A stretch of 32,000 nucleotides of DNA from Nanobdellota archaeon (lineage in GTDB: Archaea > Nanobdellota > Nanobdellia > Nanobdellales > Nanobdellaceae): the NCBI GenBank assembly GCA_042850255.1, contig AP031373.1:540001-572000 (forward strand), given 5' to 3'. Each line of letters begins with the position of its first letter. The stretch's first letter is position 1. Shown in pieces: positions 8,401 to 16,759 of the stretch. The notes under the pieces are model-generated. The model saw only the letters and a list, made by a program, of their open reading frames with translations, was not told where the DNA came from and did no database searches. A program made the position numbers and the translations under genes.

Positions 8401-8733
8401 ATGAATAAAGATTCTACTACTATTTACATTGGAGATATAAAAAATGATTTAGAAGAACTAAAAAAGAAAGGTTATACAGTAAAAGATATATTAAAAAAAG
8501 GTATTGAATATATAAAAATGCAAGAAACGGTACCTTATAATTTATCAGAATTAGATCAATCTATAAAAGAATTAAAAAATCAAATAGAAATAGTCAAGCA
8601 ATTTAATCTATCTGTTGTATTGTTAAATAAAAGTATATTAAGATTAAATAAAACCCTAAAAAGAATGAATAAAAAGAAAAAGAAGAGAAAGAAAGGATTA
8701 TTGAGAAGGTTGGTTAGTATTCTCTATGGTTGA
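8401..8733 (+). CDS. Hypothetical small protein; possible ribbon-helix-helix N-terminus, coiled-coil middle, poly-lysine tail
   Basis: 110-aa ORF. TTIYIGDIKNDLEELKKKGYTVKDILKKGIEYIK has a strand-helix-helix pattern. The last ~25 codons read through the purine-rich complement of the rps4 terminator and overlap rps4 by 36 nt, so the true 3' end and even the reality of the gene are uncertain. Confidence 0.4.
   Translation: MNKDSTTIYIGDIKNDLEELKKKGYTVKDILKKGIEYIKMQETVPYNLSELDQSIKELKNQIEIVKQFNLSVVLLNKSILRLNKTLKRMNKKKKKRKKGLLRRLVSILYG
8665..8697 (-). terminator. Oligo-T / pyrimidine-rich archaeal-type terminator downstream of rps13-rps4
   Basis: The minus strand immediately after the rps4 stop reads TCCTTTCTTTCTCTTCTTTTTCTTTTTATTCATTC, with two T5 runs (complement of 8671..8675 and 8677..8681). 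Confidence 0.45.
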
Positions 8734-9258
8734 TTCTTCAGTCTTTTGTTCTTTCTGGACATTAAATAATTTCTCTTTATTTATATCAGAATAAGGATTA
8801 TATCCAATTTTGTCCTCCTCATCAGCTTTTACCAAATAACTTGGAGATGATACTACTTTATTTCCAATAACTATATGTCTATGTACTATTAATTGCCTAG
8901 CTTGTTTTATTGTTTTAGCTAATCCTTTCCTATATACTATAGTCTGTAATCTTCTTTCTAATATTTCTCTTACTGTAATATTTAAAGCTTCTGTTATATC
9001 AGAATTTGGATTTAATAACTTTAGTCTTACTAACTTATTTTTTATCTTTTCCTCTTCTTTTGATACATCGAAACCTGCAGCTTTTCTAGCATTCAGGTAT
9101 CTTACATAAAATCTTATTTTTCTAGCAATTGTTTCTGCTTTCCAAATTTCCCTTTTATTTTTTAAACCATAAACTTTCATTAATTCTTTTTCTTCTTCTA
9201 TTCTATCTTTTTGCCAAGGATGTGTTGGTCCTTCCCAAAGTTTTCTATGTCTCCACAT
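8698..9258 (-). CDS. rps4: 30S ribosomal protein uS4 (archaeal S4 / eukaryotic S9 type)
   Basis: N-terminal WEGPTHPW motif and S4 RNA-binding domain (RLQTIVYRKGLAKTIKQARQLIVHRHIVIGNKVV). Its start lies 1 nt after the rps13 stop. Confidence 0.93.
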   Translation of the reverse strand: MWRHRKLWEGPTHPWQKDRIEEEKELMKVYGLKNKREIWKAETIARKIRFYVRYLNARKAAGFDVSKEEEKIKNKLVRLKLLNPNSDITEALNITVREILERRLQTIVYRKGLAKTIKQARQLIVHRHIVIGNKVVSSPSYLVKADEEDKIGYNPYSDINKEKLFNVQKEQKTEESTIENTNQPSQ

Positions 9259-9259
9259 T

Positions 9260-9772
9260 TTATTGTTTTTCTTCTTGTTTTTGTTGGCTTCTTAATTCCT
9301 TATTCTTTATTACTCCTACTGTACCACCTCTTCTATGATGAGATCTTGTTCTTTGTCCTCTTACTGGTAATCCATAAGAATGTCTATTTCCTTTCCATGT
9401 TCCTAATTCAATTTCTCTCTTTATATCAAATTTAACTTGTATTTCCCAATCAGATCCTACTAAATGTTTATCTTTTCCATCCATTGGATCTTTTCTTCTA
9501 TTAAGTAACCATGACGGAATTCCATATTTTTGTGGATTTTTTAAACAATCTTCCAATTTTTCTAATTGTTCATCAGTTAGAGATCCCAAAGCTTGCCATT
9601 TATTTAATCCTAATACATAACATACTGCATGTGCAAATCTCCAGTTTACTCCAGGTATTTTTCTTAGTTCTATAATTAAAGCTTTATGTCCACTAAGTTC
9701 TACTCCAGCAATACGTACTACATCTTTTAAATTACTCCCTTCAGGTATTATCATTTTAAGTGCACCAGGCAT
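9260..9772 (-). CDS. rps13: 30S ribosomal protein uS13
   Basis: VRIAGVELSGHKALIIELRKIPGVNWRFAHAVC and the basic C-terminus GLPVRGQRTRSHHRRG are typical of archaeal S13. Confidence 0.92.
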   Translation of the reverse strand: MPGALKMIIPEGSNLKDVVRIAGVELSGHKALIIELRKIPGVNWRFAHAVCYVLGLNKWQALGSLTDEQLEKLEDCLKNPQKYGIPSWLLNRRKDPMDGKDKHLVGSDWEIQVKFDIKREIELGTWKGNRHSYGLPVRGQRTRSHHRRGGTVGVIKNKELRSQQKQEEKQ

Positions 9773-9822
9773 TAAAATATTTAGATAAAAAATGTTTAAA
9801 AATGTATTATAAATACATAAAT

Positions 9823-11451
9823 ATGAAAATAGGATATATTATTAAGGAAGCTACTTCAGAATATTTTTATTTTGTTGTTGATTCTAATGAAAGATATAAG
9901 GTCGGTATAGGAAGTATTGTAAAAGTTAAGATGGGTGATTATTATTATTTTGCAATTGTTGAAGATCTAAAATCTGAAGCTATTGAAGAAGAAAGATTAT
10001 TTGATTATGAAGCTATAGAATTATTATATGGGAAAATGCAGAAAGCTCAATATTTAATAATTGGAAAAGCAATATTTATAGGATCAATAAAAAATGGAGA
10101 AATGAGTTCTGAAAAACCAAGAGTTCCTCCTGTTCCTGGGGATATTGTATTTTTGCCAGAAGAAGATGAAATATATAAAATATATTCCTTTGAAAAACCT
10201 GAAATGTTGATACCATTAGGAAAAATATATTTACAGGATAAAGAATTTATAATAAATGTGAATCTGAAAAATTTGATAATAAGACATACTGGTATATTTG
10301 GAATAACAGGTTCTGGAAAAAGTACTGCCGTTGCTCATTTAATAAATGAATTAAATAAGAAAAATATACCTATGTTATTATTTGATGTTCATAGAGATTA
10401 TATAAAATCTTACAACAATGCAATAATTATAACATTTAGTAAAAGAGAAAAAGAATTTATAGAAAACTTAATATCTCAAGGGAAAGATGTTAAAAATAAA
10501 AATATAAAGGTAATAGTAGGAAAGGTAAAATTAAGTTATATAAGAGATTATATGGATGAATTTCTAGGAGTATCTGGCAAACAGGCATCAAATGTATTTT
10601 CTTTATTATCTAAATTATTGTCTAAAGATCCAAAATTTATGAATCAATTATTTGATATGATTAACAAAAAGAATCCCCCAGAAATATTTGAACATTATAA
10701 AGAAGATACCATAAGATCTTTGCAATCAAGATTATTAAGGATAAAAGATTGGGAACTATTCCCTAGAAATGTTGATGATACTGGAGAAAATGTTGATGAA
10801 TTGATAGATAAATTATTAGATAAAGTTAGGGAATTAAGTATTAATGATTATAATGTTGAATATAATGAAGAAGGAGAACCTGTACTAAAAGAAAATAATA
10901 ATTTTATACCAAATATAATAATATTTGATTTATATCCATTATCTATTGAAGAACAGAGAATATTATTAGATATAATATTGGAAAAGGTATATCAAAAATA
11001 TAAAGAATGGAAATTTAATAATAAAACTGATATATTAGGTATTGTAATAGAGGAAGCTCATAGGTTTGCATCAAAAAGTAGTGAAGTATCAAATAAAATA
11101 TCATTGATTGCTAGAGAAGGTAGAAAATTTGGTTTAGGATTAATATTAGTATCTCAAATTCCTTCAAGTATAATAGAAGATATAGTATCTCAGTTAAATA
11201 CATTTATATTATTAAAAATAATAAATCCAAAAGATCTGGAATTTATAAGAAAAACCTGTCCATATTTATCTAGAGAATATTTTGAAGCATTAACTAAATT
11301 AGAAACTGGTAATTGTTTAGTAGTTGGATCTGCTATAAGAACTCCAGCAATATTAAAGGCAATAAAATCCGTAGAAGTTGGTGGCGCAGAAGAAGATATT
11401 GATAAAAGAATTGAAGATAGAGTTAAATATGGAGTTAAAAATAATTCTTAA
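9823..11451 (+). CDS. HerA-like (FtsK-HerA superfamily, DUF87/COG0433) hexameric ATPase or helicase
   Basis: N-terminal HAS-barrel-like segment (MKIGYIIKEATSEYFYFVV...VKVKMGDYYYFAIVEDL). Walker A is GIFGITGSGKST, followed by FDVHRDY. Walker B is GIVIEEAHRF, followed by AREGRKFGLGLILVSQIPS. The ATG at 9823 is preferred over the GTG at 9760, which overlaps the rps13 start. Confidence 0.85.
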   Translation: MKIGYIIKEATSEYFYFVVDSNERYKVGIGSIVKVKMGDYYYFAIVEDLKSEAIEEERLFDYEAIELLYGKMQKAQYLIIGKAIFIGSIKNGEMSSEKPRVPPVPGDIVFLPEEDEIYKIYSFEKPEMLIPLGKIYLQDKEFIINVNLKNLIIRHTGIFGITGSGKSTAVAHLINELNKKNIPMLLFDVHRDYIKSYNNAIIITFSKREKEFIENLISQGKDVKNKNIKVIVGKVKLSYIRDYMDEFLGVSGKQASNVFSLLSKLLSKDPKFMNQLFDMINKKNPPEIFEHYKEDTIRSLQSRLLRIKDWELFPRNVDDTGENVDELIDKLLDKVRELSINDYNVEYNEEGEPVLKENNNFIPNIIIFDLYPLSIEEQRILLDIILEKVYQKYKEWKFNNKTDILGIVIEEAHRFASKSSEVSNKISLIAREGRKFGLGLILVSQIPSSIIEDIVSQLNTFILLKIINPKDLEFIRKTCPYLSREYFEALTKLETGNCLVVGSAIRTPAILKAIKSVEVGGAEEDIDKRIEDRVKYGVKNNS

Positions 11452-11743
11452 AGATATAGAAAATAATTTTTTATTTTCAGAATCTGATATATATAAATTT
11501 TTTGACTATTTATTGGATAAATATAAATTAATTATAAAAAATAAAAAAGTAATTATAAGAGATGAAGAAAAATTTTCTTCATTTTTATTAGAGACAGATA
11601 AATTTTTATTAGCTTTAAACTACTGGGAAAGAATAAATTATTGTTTTATCTATATTTCTTCAGATAATTTTGATATATCAAAAATATTTCAAGATTTATT
11701 AAACTATTTAAAACCAAAATATTTTAAAATAGTAAATGAATAA
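11429..11743 (+). CDS. Hypothetical 104-aa protein overlapping the 3' end of the HerA-like gene by 23 nt
   Basis: The ORF reads MELKIILKDIENNFLFSESDIYKFFDYLL... I recognise no motif. Codon composition is coding-like and the overlap is consistent with coupling. The start is chosen at the ATG at 11429 rather than the track start at 11378. Confidence 0.5.
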   Translation: MELKIILKDIENNFLFSESDIYKFFDYLLDKYKLIIKNKKVIIRDEEKFSSFLLETDKFLLALNYWERINYCFIYISSDNFDISKIFQDLLNYLKPKYFKIVNE

Positions 11744-11773
11744 TTTTTAAATTATTGAATAGTATTATCAATT

Positions 11774-12214
11774 ATGGACGATCCTAGGAAAAATTTAAAA
11801 ATGGGCATTATTTTTTATTTGATAGCAATAATATTTGTAGTAATTGCAATATTTAGCGAAATTGTTAGTTTATTATCTCCATCAGTTTCAGTAACAGGTC
11901 TTGGTTTTCTTGGATCTATAGTTTTGGGTGTATTAGCATTTATATTTGCTATTATAGCATTAGTTAAATTATGGCAAGGATTCTCAGCATATGAAGGAAA
12001 AAGTAGTTTAGTAATATTGGGAAAAATCGGTTTAATATTATCTATATTAATTATAATACCAATACTTCCTATAATAGGAGAAATATTAATAGGGATAACA
12101 TTTTATGATATAGGGAAAATAGAGAATAATGGTTCAATACAGCTTGGAGGAATACTAACAGCAATACCTTTTATATCAATTATTGGTCTAATAATTTTGT
12201 TAATATCTTTATAA
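11774..12214 (+). CDS. Hypothetical small integral membrane protein (about 4 TM helices)
   Basis: 146-aa ORF with four long hydrophobic stretches separated by short polar loops. No catalytic motif seen. Confidence 0.6.
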   Translation: MDDPRKNLKMGIIFYLIAIIFVVIAIFSEIVSLLSPSVSVTGLGFLGSIVLGVLAFIFAIIALVKLWQGFSAYEGKSSLVILGKIGLILSILIIIPILPIIGEILIGITFYDIGKIENNGSIQLGGILTAIPFISIIGLIILLISL

Positions 12215-12225
12215 TCTTTTTTACA

Positions 12226-12237
12226 TTTTTTAAATAG
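12226..12237 (+). promoter_or_regulatory. Candidate TATA box for tRNA-Ser
   Basis: TTTTTTAAATAG is centred ~25 nt upstream of the mature tRNA 5' end. Confidence 0.35.
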
Positions 12238-12256
12238 AATAATAATAATATTTTAT

Positions 12257-12340
12257 GCCGCGGTGCCCGAGTGGTCAAAGGGGTATGGCTTGAGACCATA
12301 TCCCCGAAAGGGGGCGTGGGTTCAAATCCCACCCGCGGCG
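12257..12340 (+). tRNA. tRNA-Ser (anticodon UGA), type II with a long variable arm, no intron, no encoded CCA
   Basis: Cloverleaf folded by hand. Acceptor GCCGCGG/CCGCGGC with discriminator G. D arm CCC-GAGTGGTCAAA-GGG. Anticodon arm TATGG-CTTGAGA-CCATA (anticodon TGA). Variable arm T-CCCC-GAAA-GGGG-GC. T arm GTGGG-TTCAAAT-CCCAC. Total 84 nt. Confidence 0.93.
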
Positions 12341-12385
12341 TATAACAAAATTTTATATTTTTCCAGATTTCTATAATTATATTTT

Positions 12386-14827
12386 ATGGAAAATGAAAAA
12401 TTTAATATAGATAAATTAATTCAAGAACTAAATGTTAATGTAAATGAAGGATTATCTGAAAAAGATGTTGAGGAAAGATTAAAGAAATATGGATATAATT
12501 CAATAGAAGAGAAAAGAGAAAGTAATATAATTAAATTTTTGAAAAAGTTTAAATCTTTTACTTCAATTATGTTAGAAATAATTGTAGTTTTATATTTGAT
12601 TGTTCATAATTATGTAGATGCAGCAATAGTGTTTGGATTATTGTTTGTAAATGTATTAATAGGATTTATACATGAAGAAAAAGCAAATAAAGCATTAGAA
12701 TTATTAAAACAAAAATTACAAATTGAAGCTAGAGTTTTAAGGGAAGGAAAGTGGAAATTAATAGGATCTAGTAATTTAGTACCTGGTGATATAATTAGAT
12801 TAAGAGCTGGAGATATTTCTCCTGCAGACTGTGTTATAATATCGGATGATACATTAAATGTTGATCAATCTATGTTAACTGGAGAATCTACTACTGTAGA
12901 TAAAAATAAGGGAGAAGTTGTATATTCAGGATCAATAATTAGAAGAGGAGAAGCAAATTGTATAGTAATAAGAACAGGAAGAAATACATACTTTGGAAAA
13001 ACCATAGAACTAGTATCTACTGCAAAACCAAAATTACATATTGAAGAAATAACAATGAAAGTAATAATGTCTTTATTAATAATTGTATTAATATTTGGAG
13101 GTATAACTGTAATCTTATCATATTTATATAACCCTTCTATATCATTTTTATTATCAGATGTTATTCCATTATTTATATCTTTAGTATTATTTGCAGTACC
13201 TGTTGCTTTACCTGCTATGTTAACAGTTTCTATGGCAGTTGGATCTTATGAAATGGCAAAGAAGGGTGCTTTAATTACTAGATTATCTGCAATAGAAGAT
13301 TCTGCATCAATGACAACTTTATGTTCTGATAAAACTGGTACATTAACATATAATAAATTAACTATTACTGATATATATCCACTAAATAATTATAAAAAGG
13401 AAGATGTAATTTTATATGGTTCTTTAGCATCTGAAGAAGCAAATGAAGATCCAATAGATTTAGCTTTTATAAATAAATTAAAAGAATTAAATTTAAATAA
13501 AAATGATTATAGAATATTGGAATTTAAACCATTTGATCCTTCTACAAGGAGAACAGAAGCAAAGGTAAGTTATGAAGGTCAATTATTTTATGTATCAAAA
13601 GGCGCTGTAAATACAATATTTAAAGAATTATGTAAAATAAATATTCCAGAAGATGTACAAAAAATAATAGATAATTTTGCTGAAAAAGGTTATAGAACAT
13701 TAGCAGTTGCAATAAATAAAAATAATAAATGGGAACCTGTTGGATTAGTTGCATTATATGATTTACCAAGAAAAGATACTCCAGAATTAATTAAAAAATT
13801 AAAAGATTTAGGAATAAAAGTAAAAATGTTAACTGGAGATGCATTACCAATTGCAAAAGAAATTGGAAGTCAAATTGGATTAGATCCTAATAAAAGTATA
13901 TCTGGTAGTGAATTAAGAAAATTATTAAAAGAAAATCCTGAAAAAGCTAATGAAATTATTGATAATTCAGAAATATTTGCTGAAATATATCCAGAAGATA
14001 AATATTATATTGTAAAATCTTTACAAGAGAAAAAGGAAATTGTTGGAATGACTGGTGACGGTGTTAATGATTCGCCATCATTAAAACAGGCAGAAGTTGG
14101 AATTGCAGTATATAATGCAACAGATGTAGCAAAATCTGCAGCTTCAGTAGTATTGACTGTAGAAGGATTACAAGGTATAGTAGATTTAGTTGAAATTGGA
14201 AGATCTGTATATCAAAGGGTTGTTACATGGACTTTATCAAAAATAAATAGAACAATAGAAATTGCAATATTTGTAATGGTATTATTTATAATATATATAG
14301 TTTTATTCCATAAACCATTATATGTTCTATCTCCACTAGATATTTTATTATTTTTCTTTATAATAGATTTTCAAACAATATCTTTAGCTACAGATAATGA
14401 AAGAGGATCGCAATATCCAGAAAAGTGGAATATATTAAAATTAGTAGAATATGCAGGAACAATGGGTATATTTACATTTTCTGAAATGATGTTATTATCA
14501 TATATTGCATTAAATATATTAAAGATAGATAATATACATCAATTACATACATTTTTCTTTATGGCAATAATATTCTTTGGAATATTAATGCCCTATGTAT
14601 TTAGAGAAAGAGACAGATTTTATAAATCAAGACCTGGTAGAGCATTTTTAATATCTTCAATTGCTGGATTAATAGTTTCATCAATATTAGCATTATTTGG
14701 ATTATATATATTAACTCCAATAACAATTTATCAATATTTAATAGTATTGATATATAGTTTATTCTTCATATTTGTGGTAGATGATAATATAAAATTATTA
14801 TTAGAAAAATTTGGAATTGGTAGATAA
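12386..14827 (+). CDS. P-type ATPase, type III (plasma-membrane H+-ATPase-like)
   Basis: Contains TGES, the CSDKTGTLT phosphorylation motif, TGD, and the MTGDGVNDSPSLKQAEVGIAV hinge. The N-terminal LSEKDVEERLKKYGYNSIEEKRES resembles plant/fungal and Methanocaldococcus H+-ATPase N-termini. Length is 813 aa. Confidence 0.88.
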   Translation: MENEKFNIDKLIQELNVNVNEGLSEKDVEERLKKYGYNSIEEKRESNIIKFLKKFKSFTSIMLEIIVVLYLIVHNYVDAAIVFGLLFVNVLIGFIHEEKANKALELLKQKLQIEARVLREGKWKLIGSSNLVPGDIIRLRAGDISPADCVIISDDTLNVDQSMLTGESTTVDKNKGEVVYSGSIIRRGEANCIVIRTGRNTYFGKTIELVSTAKPKLHIEEITMKVIMSLLIIVLIFGGITVILSYLYNPSISFLLSDVIPLFISLVLFAVPVALPAMLTVSMAVGSYEMAKKGALITRLSAIEDSASMTTLCSDKTGTLTYNKLTITDIYPLNNYKKEDVILYGSLASEEANEDPIDLAFINKLKELNLNKNDYRILEFKPFDPSTRRTEAKVSYEGQLFYVSKGAVNTIFKELCKINIPEDVQKIIDNFAEKGYRTLAVAINKNNKWEPVGLVALYDLPRKDTPELIKKLKDLGIKVKMLTGDALPIAKEIGSQIGLDPNKSISGSELRKLLKENPEKANEIIDNSEIFAEIYPEDKYYIVKSLQEKKEIVGMTGDGVNDSPSLKQAEVGIAVYNATDVAKSAASVVLTVEGLQGIVDLVEIGRSVYQRVVTWTLSKINRTIEIAIFVMVLFIIYIVLFHKPLYVLSPLDILLFFFIIDFQTISLATDNERGSQYPEKWNILKLVEYAGTMGIFTFSEMMLLSYIALNILKIDNIHQLHTFFFMAIIFFGILMPYVFRERDRFYKSRPGRAFLISSIAGLIVSSILALFGLYILTPITIYQYLIVLIYSLFFIFVVDDNIKLLLEKFGIGR

Positions 14828-14857
14828 TTTTTAAATATATTTTTATTTTATTTTTTA

Positions 14858-15667
14858 ATGGAAAATAGACATATAAAATTTATTAGATATTTTTTAAGAT
14901 ATCCTTATTTAACTTCAAAGTATTTATTTTATAAGAAAATATTGAAAAAAGAAGAAATAAAATATAAAGGTTTAATAATTAAATCTGCATTATTTTATGA
15001 CATTGTTGAAAAAAGAATAAAATTAAATAAAATAGAAAAAATATCAGAATATGAATTTATCTATGAAATTCCTAATCTAGGAAAATTTTATGTAAAAGAT
15101 AGTAATACTCCAGCACCTATGGATCAATTATCAGATTATAACATACTAAATGTAAAAGATAAAGTAGTATTAGATATCGGTGCATATATTGGTGATTCTG
15201 CTATATATTTTATTAGAAGAGGAGCAAAGAAAGTATATGCATATGAAGCAGTAAAAGAGTTTTATGAAATTATGTTAAAAAATATCGAATTAAATAATTT
15301 ACAAGATAAAATCATTTCAATAAGTTATGGAGTAGATTGTAGTAACGGAAAAAATTATATAAATTTAGGTGGAGAAGCTTCTGGTTTAAAAGAGGGAGAT
15401 ATAGAAATAAATCTAAAGTCTATAAAAGATATATTTGAAGAAATATATAAAAAAGAAGGAGAATTTATTACAAAAATTGATTGTGAAGGATGTGAATATT
15501 CTTTATTATGTTTACCAGATGAAATGTTAAAATATTCAAAAGAATATATAATAGAAATACATGGGTCTCCTCAAACAATAATATCTAAATTTACTAGAAA
15601 TGGATATAAATTTAGAAAAGTTCATGAATTTTATGAATGGATTAAAGTATATTATTTTTATTTATGA
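14858..15667 (+). CDS. FkbM-family SAM-dependent methyltransferase
   Basis: VLDIGAYIGDSAIYF is a SAM-binding glycine motif. KIDCEGCEYSLL matches the FkbM signature (K-I/L-D-x-E-G-x-E). Confidence 0.75.
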   Translation: MENRHIKFIRYFLRYPYLTSKYLFYKKILKKEEIKYKGLIIKSALFYDIVEKRIKLNKIEKISEYEFIYEIPNLGKFYVKDSNTPAPMDQLSDYNILNVKDKVVLDIGAYIGDSAIYFIRRGAKKVYAYEAVKEFYEIMLKNIELNNLQDKIISISYGVDCSNGKNYINLGGEASGLKEGDIEINLKSIKDIFEEIYKKEGEFITKIDCEGCEYSLLCLPDEMLKYSKEYIIEIHGSPQTIISKFTRNGYKFRKVHEFYEWIKVYYFYL

Positions 15668-15700
15668 TAATTTATTAAATTTTTTAATTAATTATCTATA

Positions 15701-16759
15701 ATGAAAGGCTTAATATTATCTGGAGGTCATGGGACAAGATTAAGACCTATTACTTATTCTCAACAGAAACAATTAATACCTGTTGCAAATAAACCAGTAT
15801 TATTTTACGCTATAGAAGATATAATAAATGCTGGAATAAAAGAAATAGGAATTATAACAGGTCCGAATAGGGAACAAGTTATAGAAACTGTAAATTCTGT
15901 AAAATGGGATGCTAAAATAGAATTTATACATCAAGGAGATCCAAAGGGTATTGCACATGCAGTTCTAGTTGCAGAGGAATTTATAGGTAACGATTCTTTC
16001 GTTTTATATTTAGGAGATAATATATTATTCGGAGGAATAAAAGAGTTTAAAGAAAAATTTGAAAAATCAAATTCTGATGCTTTAATATTAGTAACCGAAG
16101 TTGATCATCCAGAAAGATTTGGAGTAGTAATATTTGATGAAAATAGAAGAGTAAAAAAATTAATAGAAAAACCAAAAGAACCTTTATCAAAATATGCATT
16201 AGTTGGAGTATATTTCTTTAAACCTTCAATTTTCGAAGCATGTAAAAATATTAAACCTTCTTGGAGGAATGAATTAGAAATAACAGATGCAATACAGTGG
16301 TTAATAGATAATGGATATAAAGTAGAAGTAGAATTTGTTAAAGGGTGGTGGAAAGATACAGGAACTCCAGAAGATATATTAGAAGTAAATAGATACATAT
16401 TAGATCTTATGATAAATTATGAAAATAAAGGAAAAATTACAAATTCAAAAATAATTGGAAGAGTAAAAATTGATGAAAATACAATAATAGAAAACAGTGT
16501 AATTAAAGGACCTGCAATTATAGGAAAAAATACAATAATAAAAAATTCATATATAGGACCTTATACATCTATAGGTAATAATTGTTATATTGAAAATAGC
16601 GAAATAGAAGATAGTATAATAATGGATGGATGTAAAATAATAGATATAGAAAGGATGTCAGAAAGTTTAATAGGAAAAGATGTAAATATAAAGAAAACAA
16701 ATATAAGGCCAAAAACTTTAAAATTTGTAATAGGTGATAGATCTTCTTTAGAAATATGA
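15701..16759 (+). CDS. rmlA: Glucose-1-phosphate thymidylyltransferase, long form with a C-terminal left-handed beta-helix
   Basis: LSGGHGTRLRPITYSQQKQLIPVANKP is the nucleotidyltransferase motif. The C-terminus has hexapeptide-repeat character. Sits in an rmlABCD context. Confidence 0.88.
   Translation: MKGLILSGGHGTRLRPITYSQQKQLIPVANKPVLFYAIEDIINAGIKEIGIITGPNREQVIETVNSVKWDAKIEFIHQGDPKGIAHAVLVAEEFIGNDSFVLYLGDNILFGGIKEFKEKFEKSNSDALILVTEVDHPERFGVVIFDENRRVKKLIEKPKEPLSKYALVGVYFFKPSIFEACKNIKPSWRNELEITDAIQWLIDNGYKVEVEFVKGWWKDTGTPEDILEVNRYILDLMINYENKGKITNSKIIGRVKIDENTIIENSVIKGPAIIGKNTIIKNSYIGPYTSIGNNCYIENSEIEDSIIMDGCKIIDIERMSESLIGKDVNIKKTNIRPKTLKFVIGDRSSLEI

Noticed and set aside
8671-8700. Poly-lysine tract as a genuine nucleic-acid-binding tail
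   Set aside because: The purine run is more simply explained as the complement of the rps13-rps4 oligo-T terminator. I kept it only as an open question under the orphan ORF finding.
9129-9435. Two overlapping plus-strand ORFs (69 aa and 74 aa)
   Set aside because: Antisense to rps4 and rps13. Phe/Leu-rich shadow frames.
9760-9822. GTG start at 9760 for the HerA-like gene
   Set aside because: It overlaps the rps13 start on the other strand and would leave no promoter space. The ATG at 9823 begins at the HAS-barrel-like segment.
11378-11428. Upstream start at 11378 for the small ORF after HerA
   Set aside because: It would overlap HerA by 74 nt. The ATG at 11429 gives a shorter, more typical coupling overlap. 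Either start remains possible.
12257-12400. tRNA-Ser as an integration site for the downstream ATPase/glycan block
   Set aside because: No second copy of the GC-rich tRNA 3' half is visible anywhere in the window. No integrase is present, and there is no obvious compositional change.
16105-16398. 97-aa ORF on the minus strand
   Set aside because: Antisense inside rmlA.
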